IMG/VR virus record: IMGVR_UViG_3300021400_004213 | Source: an uncultured virus (IMG/VR IMGVR_UViG_3300021400_004213) | Taxonomy: Duplodnaviria > Heunggongvirae > Uroviricota > Caudoviricetes | Reading direction: 5' to 3' (one strand) | DNA: 64,000 nt | Shown here: positions 1 to 10,322 of the stretch, one piece after another | How the letters are laid out: every line of letters begins with the position of its first letter | Numbering within the stretch: the first letter of the stretch is position 1 | Program-made: the position numbers and the translations under genes | Notes under the pieces: model-generated | Told to the model about the DNA's origin: nothing | What the model saw: only the letters and a program-made list of their open reading frames with translations | Databases searched by the model: none

Positions 1-207
1 GGCTACATTCAGAAAAATCCTATGACAGGTAAGCGCTCTGTCGTTCTGATCGGCGCATACGACCCGCTCAAGGTTGTCTTAACAGACATTTTCGAAGAAC
101 ATCCCGACAGAGATCCTTACGAAGTCTTCTGCTCCTATTCGTATCAGACAGACATTAACATCCAGTTAGATCTTCAGCACTGGGTTCGTGACGAATATAA
201 GAAATAA
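1..207 (+). CDS. hypothetical protein, probably 5'-truncated by the window edge
   Basis: Frame is open from position 1 through the 22..207 ORF. Confidence 0.45.
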   Translation, partial: GYIQKNPMTGKRSVVLIGAYDPLKVVLTDIFEEHPDRDPYEVFCSYSYQTDINIQLDLQHWVRDEYKK

Positions 208-218
208 TCCATAGCCGT

Positions 219-440
219 ATGGCTCCCAAAAAGGAACATACGGCCTATTGCCGTATAATCAAGAAAGGAGCCACTATGGAAATTAAAGTGAATGACGACA
301 CATATCGTGTCATTTCTACCAAGCCCATATCAAACACTGATATTGACAAGATCAAAGATGCTATTCTCTTACGAGAAGCGCAGAAAACGCAGAAACCAAA
401 GACTTCGTCTAAAAAGTTCTGCGTAATCATCAAGAAATAA
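219..440 (+). CDS. small basic hypothetical protein
   Basis: Co-oriented ORF between the upstream gene and the SNF2 helicase. Confidence 0.45.
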   Translation: MAPKKEHTAYCRIIKKGATMEIKVNDDTYRVISTKPISNTDIDKIKDAILLREAQKTQKPKTSSKKFCVIIKK

Positions 441-465
441 AGAACAGAAATGGAGTTTAGATACA

Positions 466-1893
466 ATGCAAACAAATCAAATGAAGATACCTCTTCATGA
501 TTATCAAATCTATGCAAAAGATTTTGTACTCCAACATCCATATTGTGGTCTGTTCTTAAAAATGGGTCTCGGCAAAACAAGTATTGTCCTCGAAGCCTTA
601 TGGGAATTAAATCCCACCGAACATGTCCTCGTTGTTGCCCCTAAGACCATTGCCCGATGTACATGGGTCAATGAAATTGACAAATGGCAAATGCCATTCC
701 GTACGCAATCACTGGTTGTAAACGAACGTGGCAAACAACTGACACGAAAGAAACGTGACGAAATTTACGATACGATTTCTTCTGCACCACCCACGGTGTA
801 TTTCATAAACCGAGAGATGATAAATGACTTATATAAACGCTTTCCAAGCACCAAGAAGTCAAACATCTGGCCGTTTAGAACCATTATCATTGACGAAAGT
901 CAATCTTTCAAATCGTATAACTCAGTTCGTTTCAAAACGATGAAAAAGATCAGACCTTGGGTTTCTCGTATCGTTCTACTCACGGGCTCCCCTGCCCCCA
1001 AAAGTCTTGAAGACTTATGGGCACAAATCTGGATCCTTGACATGGGCAGACGATTAGAAACAACCATCACGAAATATCGTGAACGGTATTTCAATCCAGG
1101 GATAATCGTAAACAATTACCCTGTAAGTTGGAAACCAAAGTGGGGTGCTGAAGATGAAATCTACGATAAAATCTCTGATATCGTAATTTCCATGAAAAAT
1201 AAATACATTCAGCTACCACCACTAACATTTAACCCTGTTACTGTGACAATGGATGACGAAGCGCAAGCTCGTTACAAAACACTCATGAAAGAGAGTGTAC
1301 TGGAAATCAACGGTGAAACCATTGAAGCCGTTAATGCTGCCGTCTTATCAGCAAAGCTGTCACAGATGGCAAGCGGTGCAATTTACACCAACGCAAAAAC
1401 GGTAACTTATGAAACTATTCACACAAGCAAAGCTGAAATGTGTGAATATATCATCAATAATACGCCTGACAACGTCATTATTGCATATCATTTCAAAAGT
1501 GACCGAGAGATGATTATCAATCATCTAAGCAGCGTCGGAATTACCGCTATAGACTTTGACGGATCGCCAGAAATGGAACGAGCATGGAACGAAAAGAAAA
1601 TTCCTGTGCTACTCCTCCAACCCGCATCCTGTGGACACGGCTTGAATCTTCAAGAAGGAGGACATACCTTAATCTGGTATACGCTTCCATGGTCACTTGA
1701 ACACTACGAGCAAACAAATGCTCGTATTTATAGACAAGGACAAACAGAACCTGTGATTATCCATCAATTACTTACCAAAGGAACGATTGATACTCGCATC
1801 CTGAAGGCTCTCAGACTCAAAGACATGAGTCAAGAAAGACTCATTGCGGCTGTTGAAGCAACTGTAAATAACGAACCAGACGAAACAATATAA
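466..1893 (+). CDS. SNF2-family (SF2) helicase, phage/mobile-element type
   Basis: MGLGKT Walker A, IIDESQ, LTGSP, GHGLNLQ, QTNARIYRQGQ. Confidence 0.9.
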   Translation: MQTNQMKIPLHDYQIYAKDFVLQHPYCGLFLKMGLGKTSIVLEALWELNPTEHVLVVAPKTIARCTWVNEIDKWQMPFRTQSLVVNERGKQLTRKKRDEIYDTISSAPPTVYFINREMINDLYKRFPSTKKSNIWPFRTIIIDESQSFKSYNSVRFKTMKKIRPWVSRIVLLTGSPAPKSLEDLWAQIWILDMGRRLETTITKYRERYFNPGIIVNNYPVSWKPKWGAEDEIYDKISDIVISMKNKYIQLPPLTFNPVTVTMDDEAQARYKTLMKESVLEINGETIEAVNAAVLSAKLSQMASGAIYTNAKTVTYETIHTSKAEMCEYIINNTPDNVIIAYHFKSDREMIINHLSSVGITAIDFDGSPEMERAWNEKKIPVLLLQPASCGHGLNLQEGGHTLIWYTLPWSLEHYEQTNARIYRQGQTEPVIIHQLLTKGTIDTRILKALRLKDMSQERLIAAVEATVNNEPDETI

Positions 1894-1910
1894 TGGAAAG
1901 GAGACGCACT

Positions 1911-2183
1911 ATGGAAATCAAAACCATTAATCGTATTTACGATGATAATGGTGTGGAATGTTGCGAAGGTGACACAGTGTTAATCCAAACACAAACGATG
2001 GATGACATTGCACAAGCGTCCATAGACCAAATCATGACAAACATGGCGGTCTTCATCATAGATGATAGAGCACTCGGCTACATTCCATTGAAAGTACGTA
2101 AGCAAGATGTCAAATACATCACGCTATACGCACGAAAACCATCAGACAAAGATAAAGAGAAAAACAAAAGTTCCAGATATTAA
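1911..2183 (+). CDS. hypothetical protein
   Basis: GGAAAGGAG RBS precedes ATG at 1911. Confidence 0.6.
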   Translation: MEIKTINRIYDDNGVECCEGDTVLIQTQTMDDIAQASIDQIMTNMAVFIIDDRALGYIPLKVRKQDVKYITLYARKPSDKDKEKNKSSRY

Positions 2184-2188
2184 AACAT

Positions 2189-2228
2189 AAAAAAAATGCC
2201 GTCCAGCGAAATGCTGAACGGCATTATT
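2189..2228. terminator. intrinsic terminator between convergent genes
   Basis: AATGCCGT...ACGGCATT stem with an A-tract on the left. Confidence 0.7.
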
Positions 2229-2248
2229 AGTATCATCAGTTACATCGA

Positions 2249-3139
2249 TTAACCGCGACCAGGTGCTTCACTACCTGCAGTTGTGGTAAAAGCTGGAGCA
2301 TCGCCAGGTCTCTCATCAGGGAAACGAATGATATCGCCTTCATAAATCAGGTTCGGATCCTTAATACCACTCAGCTCAGCCAGCGGCATATAATCATTGA
2401 ATCCATACCTATTGGCGATACGGCTCAACCAGTCACCCTTGACAACAACGTAGTATGGCTTTCCGTTCTCATCGAGCTGCAAACCTTCAAGCAGGTTGCC
2501 GTTCTCATCGAACCACCACTCACCATGATCCTCCGTTGCAGGCACTTCAGCAGGCGGATTCTCATCCGTCGGAGGACTCTGAATATCAGGTTCCTCTACA
2601 TAAGGCGTCTGCGGAGTCACATTATCAGGCTCGTTCTCTGGCTTCTCTGTCGGCAGATCTTCAATATATGGTGTCTTCGGCGTACCGTCCTCATTGAAGA
2701 AATATGCACGACGAGCAGGATCATAAACTTCAGTTGTCGGGTCATCAACAAGATTACCATCCGCATCAACGGGCAGACCATATTCGTCATAACGAATATT
2801 ATTCTCATTCATCCACTTAATCTGCTCAGATGCATACGTAATCTCCTCCTTCTGCGGTTCAGTAGCAGGCTGAGTTGTCTCAACGGGTTCCTGTACAGGA
2901 GGCGGCGTTGTCTGATCTGTATTCGTAGCAGGTGGATTACTTGCCTCATTGGCGGCATTACGTGCCGCAGCGATTTGCTCCTCGCTTTGACGATTCATTG
3001 CATTAATGGCAGTATACGTACCTGCAACTGACAAACCAGTAACTGCTGTAACTAAACCTACACCAAGACCTACAAGCAAACGATTCGATGCTTTCTCATC
3101 CGCTTGTCCCATAGGTGTTCTTCTCTGTCTATCGCTCAT
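2249..3139 (-). CDS. membrane-anchored LysM-domain protein
   Basis: N-terminal TM helix, Pro/Glu/Thr-rich linker, C-terminal YVVVKGDWLSRIANRYG...IKDPNLIYEGDII LysM. Confidence 0.85.
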   Translation of the reverse strand: MSDRQRRTPMGQADEKASNRLLVGLGVGLVTAVTGLSVAGTYTAINAMNRQSEEQIAAARNAANEASNPPATNTDQTTPPPVQEPVETTQPATEPQKEEITYASEQIKWMNENNIRYDEYGLPVDADGNLVDDPTTEVYDPARRAYFFNEDGTPKTPYIEDLPTEKPENEPDNVTPQTPYVEEPDIQSPPTDENPPAEVPATEDHGEWWFDENGNLLEGLQLDENGKPYYVVVKGDWLSRIANRYGFNDYMPLAELSGIKDPNLIYEGDIIRFPDERPGDAPAFTTTAGSEAPGRG

Positions 3140-3252
3140 ATCGTGAATGTTCTCCTTTCCAAATGATTGTGGAATTCTTTACAATATTACTTCCCGTGAA
3201 ACGTGTGCACGGAACAGATCCACAGGATTGCGTAACAATCAGAACTACAAAC

Positions 3253-3281
3253 ATATTAACACATAAATCAGGATTTTACAA
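3253..3281 (-). promoter_or_regulatory. sigmaA-type promoter for the LysM gene
   Basis: TTGTAA-17 bp-TGnTAATAT on the minus strand. Confidence 0.55.
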
Positions 3282-3337
3282 GAATTTATTACTCAAAAAT
3301 TTTCTTCAGAAAAACACCATCAAATTAAGAAAATCGC

Positions 3338-3366
3338 TTGATTTATCAGCCTGTTTGTGGTATGAT
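3338..3366 (+). promoter_or_regulatory. sigmaA-type promoter with extended -10
   Basis: TTGATT-17 bp-TGnTATGAT. Confidence 0.7.
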
Positions 3367-3679
3367 AATAACACAGAATAAAACAAATTGCAAGACCTAC
3401 ATTAAAAATTAATCTGAAGGTCTTTATGAATTGAAAGGTGGTGATTCCAATGGGCTACTAATCACTGTATAGATAAACAAAACATCAGATGTCTCATGAT
3501 GAACTATACAGTTATAAATACCTGAAATTTTGATTTATTGCGCAATACATCAAAGATTTTGAGACAAAGCATCAGCTTTGTTCGTCCAGAAACGAAAATA
3601 TGGAATCGAAATATGGAAACAAAGTGTAGAACAGAAATTTTAACAAACCAAAATATGGAAAGAAAGGAAATTTAGAATT

Positions 3680-4573
3680 ATGCCTAATACTATTCCTGTA
3701 CAGCGTACAGTCCAGAACCGTGACCTTACTCCCAACACCAAAGTTATGGTGCGTGGTAACATTGAATTTTCTCGTCTGACCAAGATGGTCGATGGCGAAG
3801 CCCTCGAACAGGCTAATCAGCGCCGTGTCGCTCTTGGCATGCAGCCGATCAACAAGCCCTATACTTCCGTCACCCTGACAAACGCCCGTATCGTTCCGAT
3901 GAAGGCTGGCGTAAAGTCTCCTGAAGAGATTTATGTCGAAGAGCGTTTCTACAAGAGACAGGGCGACCCCGCAGGTGCTCCGTTCCACTATGCTTTTGAT
4001 AACAAGAGCAAGTTCGGCAATACTTTCTACATGGAGGAGCTGAAGGACGGTAAGACCGAATGGAACCAGTTCCAGCCTGATGGCGAACTTGCCAATGGTC
4101 TTGATGTTACCCTGCTGATGGAAGTCTTCCAGCCGAAGGGATTCGCTCAGAAGGGCCTCGCAATGCGTGGTGTTATCCTTCACGAGCCTGCTCGTTACTA
4201 TCAGCCTGCAACCGACCCCGATTTGGCGGCAGCTGGTATCATCATCAATAGAGACCCGTCTCTGCGTAATGACGCAAATACTGCTACTACTGCTCCTACC
4301 ACTCCTGCTGCTCCTGCGGCTGATACCATTCAGGTATCTGCACCTGCCGCAAATCCCTACGCTTCACAGCAGGCAGCTCCTGCAGCAACACCTGTTGCTC
4401 AGCCCGAACCTGACGGTCCGTGGACTTGCCCGAACTGTGGCACACTGAACCCTGCGGGTCAGATGTTCTGCGGCGGATGTGGCACTAAGAAGAGCGCACC
4501 TCAGCCTAATGTTGGCAATCCATACGCTCAGGGCGGTGGCATTCGTTACGACGGGAACGAGCGCAACTACTAA
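3680..4573 (+). CDS. putative ssDNA-binding-like protein with C-terminal zinc ribbon
   Basis: Beta-rich N-domain, Ala/Pro linker, WTCPNCG...FCGGCG zinc finger. Strong codon bias and adjacent to a primase. The SSB role is inferred. Confidence 0.5.
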   Translation: MPNTIPVQRTVQNRDLTPNTKVMVRGNIEFSRLTKMVDGEALEQANQRRVALGMQPINKPYTSVTLTNARIVPMKAGVKSPEEIYVEERFYKRQGDPAGAPFHYAFDNKSKFGNTFYMEELKDGKTEWNQFQPDGELANGLDVTLLMEVFQPKGFAQKGLAMRGVILHEPARYYQPATDPDLAAAGIIINRDPSLRNDANTATTAPTTPAAPAADTIQVSAPAANPYASQQAAPAATPVAQPEPDGPWTCPNCGTLNPAGQMFCGGCGTKKSAPQPNVGNPYAQGGGIRYDGNERNY

Positions 4574-4604
4574 TATAATTGACCATTAGGTCATACTGTA
4601 TCGG

Positions 4605-4636
4605 GGCCCTGGGGATTATATCCTCAGGGCTTCTTT
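4605..4636 (+). terminator. intrinsic terminator-like hairpin
   Basis: GCCCTGGGGA-TTATA-TCCTCAGGGC followed by TTCTTT. Confidence 0.6.
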
Positions 4637-4662
4637 AAATTAAACCGAAAGGACACGCCGAT

Positions 4663-5637
4663 ATGCAAGATCCATATCCAAAATTTCGAAATCATTCGTT
4701 CATCTCTACAATTGCTGGATTGAAGAAATGGACTGTGTCCACGAAAGACAAAATGCCTATCGACATGCGTCAACTTATTGATAGACATAAGCTATGCGGT
4801 GCAATATTCAATAACGAAGCGTCTCTCGTATCCTTAGATACGCTCCATGAAACATTACCATCTGCAGCTAACTATGCTTTCTACTTGGACGTATTAAATG
4901 ATAAATTTGCTGTTCTTGATATCGAGCCAAAATGTCCCGACGAAGAAAAGCAAAAATTAGCAAAGCTACCAGCAATTTATAGAGAAACATCCATGTCAGG
5001 TAAGGGAATTCATCTTATATTCCCTGTTCCAGACTGGCTTCTTGAAAAAGAGCCTATGGCTCGTCAGAAAGTGGTCTTCAAAGAAGAACATGGTTGGTAT
5101 GAAATACTTCTCAACCACTATGTCACTTTTACAGGAAATCAAATTCCCACACCAGCCGATGTATCGACTGATCCAAACGACTTTTTCAATTTCTTCTCTC
5201 AAATGGCATCAGTACAGACAATCACTGTGAAAGCCGAAACAGATGTTGAAGAAATAGAAAGCGTCGATACCTTTTATTCCAAACAGATTTTAGAAAAACT
5301 GTTGGAACACAAGAAAGACTACAGAAAGAAACTTGAAGACTTCAACAACGACTATTCCAAATATGAATTTGGATACATAGCGTTTGTATATCGCAACCTC
5401 ATGGGCTTGCTCAATGTTGATCTCATCAAGAAAGAACACAGCTATACTGACTCAGAAAAAGCATGGTTCTTATATCAAGTTGCAATGGATGCACTTCCCC
5501 ATCGCCCCAAACATGAGGAGATGAGAAGTGGTTTACCATGGCTTCTGTATCTTTCCCGTGAAGTGATTGCTGTCAACAATGCAGAATCACAAACACCCAA
5601 AAAGAAAGGTAAAAAGAAGAAAGGAGACAACGAATGA
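4663..5637 (+). CDS. archaeo-eukaryotic primase (Prim-Pol) family protein
   Basis: VLDIE (motif I) and ETSMSGKGIHL (motif II). Confidence 0.75.
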   Translation: MQDPYPKFRNHSFISTIAGLKKWTVSTKDKMPIDMRQLIDRHKLCGAIFNNEASLVSLDTLHETLPSAANYAFYLDVLNDKFAVLDIEPKCPDEEKQKLAKLPAIYRETSMSGKGIHLIFPVPDWLLEKEPMARQKVVFKEEHGWYEILLNHYVTFTGNQIPTPADVSTDPNDFFNFFSQMASVQTITVKAETDVEEIESVDTFYSKQILEKLLEHKKDYRKKLEDFNNDYSKYEFGYIAFVYRNLMGLLNVDLIKKEHSYTDSEKAWFLYQVAMDALPHRPKHEEMRSGLPWLLYLSREVIAVNNAESQTPKKKGKKKKGDNE

Positions 5638-6416
5638 CTTTCTCTGAGAATATATCGGACATTCTGTCCTTTGCAAATATGCAACCAATTCTCATCCTAG
5701 CCATCATTGTAGGCGTATGTGCCATCCTCCTATTTCTGCTCAGTGAACGAAATCGAATGATCGCTTCCGAAGCAGCAAATAAACTCAAAAAGATAACACA
5801 AGATGAGAAAACAATAAAGGCCATATCCGAACAATATGATGTCCATTCTTCGAAGAACATCATGCATGCGGAATACGAGAACCTTCAGAAAACGGCTGCG
5901 AAGCGCAAATGGCTTACCGCCATTAGCATCGTCACAGCTACGTTTATTATGCTATCAGCACTTACGATCTTCGCTATCGTTGATACCTATACAACAGCCA
6001 AAAAGCACGCTTACATGGGTGACTTAAATGTCACAGCAAGCAGTTTATGGCGAGGAATCAACGGTTCGCCAATTGAAAGCGAACTACCCGAAAATCTAAG
6101 TAAAGCAATCGTGATTTACTATCGTTTTGGTTGTCCAGATTGTGAAGCAACCTATCCAACACTTTCAAAAACGCTATCTGCTTACACAGACGTATATTGG
6201 GTTTCATCACGATCTGACCAAGGTGTTGCATTAAAAGAAAAATATCCTATCGAAGTTGTGCCAACAGGCATCTACATCAAAGATGATGGGACATATTTGA
6301 CTTACATCCTATATCAGTCCACAGCCGATGGACCTGTACTTGACACAACAGAATTACAACACCTCATATCCGCAGCAACATATGACCGCGGACAAAATAA
6401 AGATAAAGAAAACTAA
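5634..6416 (+). CDS. membrane protein with thioredoxin-like CxxC domain
   Basis: Two TM segments, YYRFGCPDC, and a VPT cis-Pro loop. Confidence 0.7.
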   Translation: MTFSENISDILSFANMQPILILAIIVGVCAILLFLLSERNRMIASEAANKLKKITQDEKTIKAISEQYDVHSSKNIMHAEYENLQKTAAKRKWLTAISIVTATFIMLSALTIFAIVDTYTTAKKHAYMGDLNVTASSLWRGINGSPIESELPENLSKAIVIYYRFGCPDCEATYPTLSKTLSAYTDVYWVSSRSDQGVALKEKYPIEVVPTGIYIKDDGTYLTYILYQSTADGPVLDTTELQHLISAATYDRGQNKDKEN

Positions 6417-6511
6417 AACCATACATCAAACAAAGCGAGAGAAAACTCAAAAGATACTGATGTGTCTGCAAGTTTTCTCTCTAATATTATATTCTGAAAG
6501 GAGGAATCACC

Positions 6512-7117
6512 ATGGGAGCAGGAAATGTGAACGTATCACTCAATGATGGACTGTTCTATGTACACTACGATTCCGTGAACGTATACAAAAACAAACGTGA
6601 TAAATCCATCATCTGTCAAAGAAAAGACATTACCCGTGGACAAGAGAAAGACTTCGTGTTCGACATGGGACTCTCCCAGCAGAACTACGATGTATGGCTC
6701 GAAGCATTTCGTCAGAAACTGATGAAACGTTATCCAAGTTATCGTAGAGTTGATAGATATAAGAAACGTGACCAAAGGATTGTCCTCGAAAACGACATGT
6801 TCTTCGTTGCCATTGAAGACAACGAATGGGGATTTGCCGTTGAGCTAATCGCTCGCACCAAATATCCGTATCCACAGTTCCAGAAACATCTCTTCCCACA
6901 CTTCTTCAAGGGGATGAAAGAGACCCTTCTGAGTCTCACGGAAACCATCTACATTCGTAGCGGTTCATGGACAACCCAAGCTGTCACAAAGGACAACATG
7001 GACGCTGTTGACCAGCATGTCATGGCATCTCGTATCGTTCTTGACCCTACCGTCAAAGCCGTAGGAGGATATAATGCAACAGACGCTCAGCGAAAAGTAC
7101 AGACCGACAACAATTGA
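6512..7117 (+). CDS. hypothetical protein
   Basis: GAAAGGAGG RBS, 201 aa. Confidence 0.7.
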   Translation: MGAGNVNVSLNDGLFYVHYDSVNVYKNKRDKSIICQRKDITRGQEKDFVFDMGLSQQNYDVWLEAFRQKLMKRYPSYRRVDRYKKRDQRIVLENDMFFVAIEDNEWGFAVELIARTKYPYPQFQKHLFPHFFKGMKETLLSLTETIYIRSGSWTTQAVTKDNMDAVDQHVMASRIVLDPTVKAVGGYNATDAQRKVQTDNN

Positions 7118-8282
7118 TGATGTCGTCGGACAAGAACGCATTGCTGGAACAAATGGCATCGTTCGTAGAATGTTAGACCAAAAAAATATCAGGTCATGTA
7201 TATTCTATGGTCCTCCTGGAAGTGGTAAAACCACCGTTGCACGCATCATTGCTGAACAAGGTGGTTACCCCTTCGTAGCATTAAATGCTACGATCGCCAA
7301 ACTTGACGATATTCGAAAAGCTATCGACAAGAAAGACGAAGATGCACCATTGTTATTGTATTTGGATGAAATCCAATACTTCAACAAAAAGCAACAGCAG
7401 TCGCTTCTTCCATACATCGAAAACGGAAGCATCATCCTTGTTGCCTCTACAACAGATAATCCATATTACTGTTGTTATGACGCACTACTCTCACGTTGCA
7501 CCGTGATGGAATTCCATCCAGTGCCATTAGATGCTGTCGAAAATCGACTTACCGACATTTGCAATGCCGAAGGTCTCGACATCACTAAAGAAGCTATACA
7601 CTTCATTGCGAGCAATTCAGCAGGCGATGTTCGCCGTGCCATCAACTTCTTAGAAGTCAACATATTGCAAGCAAACGGAACGCAAATCACAAAAGAAATG
7701 ATTCAGCAAAATCAACCTGCTGTATCCATGTCTGGATTTGACTTGCATGATGATGATCACTACTCACTCATGTCTGGACTCCAAAAGTCGATTCGTGGTT
7801 CCGACCCTAACGCCGCCGTCTTCTACCTCGCAAGAATGCTTGAAGGTGGTGACATACTGTCTCCATGCAGACGCTTACTCGTCATTGCACACGAAGACAT
7901 TGGACTTGGCAATCCTGATGCAGCAGCGTATGTACTCGCTTGCACCGAAGCAGCCAAACAACTCGGTATGCCCGAAGCAGCGAAACCTCTCACCAATGCA
8001 GTCATCTTCCTTGCCATCTCAAGGAAATGTTGTACGGCAGAAAACACCTACAATAAAGCTGCAGAAGATGTCCATAAAGGACTCGGTTCCGAACCGCCAA
8101 AATTCATGCGATTGGCCAGTGCAAAGGGATACTTATATCCACACAATTACCCTGACCATTGGGTACGTCAGCAATACTTGCCAGACGACCTGAAAGACCG
8201 CATTTATTATGAACCAGGCGACAATCCGTTTGAACAAAACGCAGCCGCTTACTGGGCTGGAATTATGGCGAGGCGTAAGTAA
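7074..8282 (+). CDS. rarA: replication-associated recombination protein A (RarA/MgsA AAA+ ATPase)
   Basis: LSEKYRP, GPPGSGKT, DEI, SGLQKSIRGSD, EDIGLG, YLYPHNY. Confidence 0.92.
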   Translation: MQQTLSEKYRPTTIDDVVGQERIAGTNGIVRRMLDQKNIRSCIFYGPPGSGKTTVARIIAEQGGYPFVALNATIAKLDDIRKAIDKKDEDAPLLLYLDEIQYFNKKQQQSLLPYIENGSIILVASTTDNPYYCCYDALLSRCTVMEFHPVPLDAVENRLTDICNAEGLDITKEAIHFIASNSAGDVRRAINFLEVNILQANGTQITKEMIQQNQPAVSMSGFDLHDDDHYSLMSGLQKSIRGSDPNAAVFYLARMLEGGDILSPCRRLLVIAHEDIGLGNPDAAAYVLACTEAAKQLGMPEAAKPLTNAVIFLAISRKCCTAENTYNKAAEDVHKGLGSEPPKFMRLASAKGYLYPHNYPDHWVRQQYLPDDLKDRIYYEPGDNPFEQNAAAYWAGIMARRK

Positions 8283-8354
8283 CCTTTCGTCTCGCCTTTA
8301 TTCTCTACCGAGACTGTAGCTCGAAACCCCGCACACAAACGAAAGGGGGCAAAA

Positions 8355-8735
8355 ATGAATTTCACTACAACCATAGGTCGTATTCATTTTTCACTTGATA
8401 ACATCAGCTCAGCTCTGAATCCATATACAAACGATCCAGATACACTTTACGAACATGCCAAATTGGATGTCAGAAAGAATGGACTCCATTCTCCTGAATA
8501 CGAAATTGAATACAATTTACGAACACTTGCATCCCTTCAGGATGAAGCAAAAAATTTTCCCAATTTGTACATCGTAATCTCTCCATCATACGACAGATGG
8601 GACCTAAAAAATATGCCCGAAAAGGGTATATTCGATATAGTAATTCACGATGAGGTCGTGTATAATGCCATTGAGCCGAAATTTGTCTTAGCATTCCTTG
8701 CAGGACTACGACATGGCACCAAACTGAACAATTAA
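8355..8735 (+). CDS. hypothetical protein
   Basis: GAAAGGGGG RBS. Confidence 0.6.
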   Translation: MNFTTTIGRIHFSLDNISSALNPYTNDPDTLYEHAKLDVRKNGLHSPEYEIEYNLRTLASLQDEAKNFPNLYIVISPSYDRWDLKNMPEKGIFDIVIHDEVVYNAIEPKFVLAFLAGLRHGTKLNN

Positions 8736-8750
8736 AGGAGAGAAACCCGC

Positions 8751-9545
8751 ATGAAAACACTTATTGTTGGACGGACGTCCACAGGCAAAGATAGCCTGAA
8801 AGATATTTTAATCAATACATACGGATGGAACTTCGTAAAGTCTACGACAAATAGACCGAAACGTACCGAAAACGAAGACACACATGTCTTCTTATCCGAT
8901 GAAGAAGCAAAAGCCGTACCTGATGAAGATAAGGTCGCAAAGACCGTCATCAACGGATACGAATACTTTGCTTCTCGTCAGCAAGTCAACGATGCAGATG
9001 CATATATTATCGACCCAGAAGGTGTCTATATGCTTCTTCGCAATATGCCTGAAGAATGGTTCATTATTGTCTACATGCAGCCCGCAAGTGCTGATGTACA
9101 GGAAGAGATGGCTCTTCGTCGTTCCGACGATCCTGAAAAGGAAATCAAAGTCTTCCATTCCAGAAAGGAATCTGAGGATGCACAGTTCACACTTTTCGAA
9201 GAAAAGATGAATAACGGTATAAAACTTGCCGACAACTGTGACACCATTCTTTCCTTCACCAATACTTACAAGTACAAAGACTTGGAAGATTTAGCAATCA
9301 GCCTTGAATTTAGGCGTAGATTCCACAAGAATATTCGTCCGATGATTCAAGACCTTATCGATACGAACATCATGAACCATGATGAGAACGGAAATCCGAT
9401 TCTCACCTTCTCAGACAATACACCAATTGCCATCCCTATTGATGGACTTGCTGAATATCTCTATGAGAACGAAGCAATGCTCGGCAACATGACGAAGCAT
9501 TGGCTTCAGCTTGCAAAGAAAGAGGCACCTGACGATGAAGGATAA
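8751..9545 (+). CDS. guanylate kinase-like nucleotide kinase
   Basis: GRTSTGKD P-loop, STTNRPKR..E, GYEY. Confidence 0.75.
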   Translation: MKTLIVGRTSTGKDSLKDILINTYGWNFVKSTTNRPKRTENEDTHVFLSDEEAKAVPDEDKVAKTVINGYEYFASRQQVNDADAYIIDPEGVYMLLRNMPEEWFIIVYMQPASADVQEEMALRRSDDPEKEIKVFHSRKESEDAQFTLFEEKMNNGIKLADNCDTILSFTNTYKYKDLEDLAISLEFRRRFHKNIRPMIQDLIDTNIMNHDENGNPILTFSDNTPIAIPIDGLAEYLYENEAMLGNMTKHWLQLAKKEAPDDEG

Positions 9546-10257
9546 ACCTATCATAGCAGGACTCCAAAAACTCACATTGCTCGATTATCCAGATAAAATG
9601 GCTGCCATATTATTCCTTCCAGGCTGTAATATGGCATGTCCATTCTGTCACAACAGTGAACTCATTCACGGACAACAGTCTGAAATCGATTATGATGACG
9701 TTATGGCGTTCCTAAAGAAACGCAAAAATATGCTCGACGGCGTAGTCATTACAGGTGGAGAACCAACCCTTCAAGACATCACGCCTCTACTTCAAGACAT
9801 CAAAAATCTTGGCTACAGCATAAAAGTGGACACCAATGGTTCCCATCCAGAAGCAATCTACAAATGGCTATCCGCCAATATCGTAGACTATCTTGCAATG
9901 GATATTAAAAATAGCCCACTTTATTATGCAAGAACATGTGGCACGTCAAAGATCACACCCGAAACAATTGACAAGTCAATGGTTTATCTAAAACATTCTA
10001 ACATTCCTCATGAATTCAGAACAACAGTCACACCGTCATTACATGACGTTGAGGACATTGAAACAATTGCCAAATGGATTGGCAAAGAAGAAAACTTTTT
10101 CATCCAACCATTCGTCAAAAGAGACACCGTTCCAGACCAGTCTTTAATTGAGCCTTCTGACCAATTTTTACTCGACTGTTTAAGAGCGGCTAAACCTCAT
10201 GTTTTTCATGCTGAAATCAGAGGAAGAGACCTGCCTTCGAACATTTTGACTAATTGA
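9535..10257 (+). CDS. nrdG: anaerobic ribonucleotide reductase activating enzyme (radical SAM)
   Basis: LLDYP, GCNMACPFCHN, TGGEPT, DTNGS; directly upstream of nrdD. Confidence 0.92.
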   Translation: MKDKPIIAGLQKLTLLDYPDKMAAILFLPGCNMACPFCHNSELIHGQQSEIDYDDVMAFLKKRKNMLDGVVITGGEPTLQDITPLLQDIKNLGYSIKVDTNGSHPEAIYKWLSANIVDYLAMDIKNSPLYYARTCGTSKITPETIDKSMVYLKHSNIPHEFRTTVTPSLHDVEDIETIAKWIGKEENFFIQPFVKRDTVPDQSLIEPSDQFLLDCLRAAKPHVFHAEIRGRDLPSNILTN

Positions 10258-10282
10258 CAACTACCCTATATAACTATATAAT
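10254..10282 (+). promoter_or_regulatory. consensus sigmaA promoter for nrdD
   Basis: TTGACA (10254-10259)-17 bp-TATAAT (10277-10282). Confidence 0.85.
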
Positions 10283-10322
10283 AATAAGAAAAAAATTTGA
10301 CCTACAAGGAGGAACACCAATC

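Noticed and set aside
10256..10290. NrdR box at the nrdD promoter
   Set aside because: AT-rich similarity only; no convincing tandem palindromic match
10254..10322. TTG start of nrdD given in the ORF track
   Set aside because: That TTG is the -35 box; the RBS supports ATG 10323
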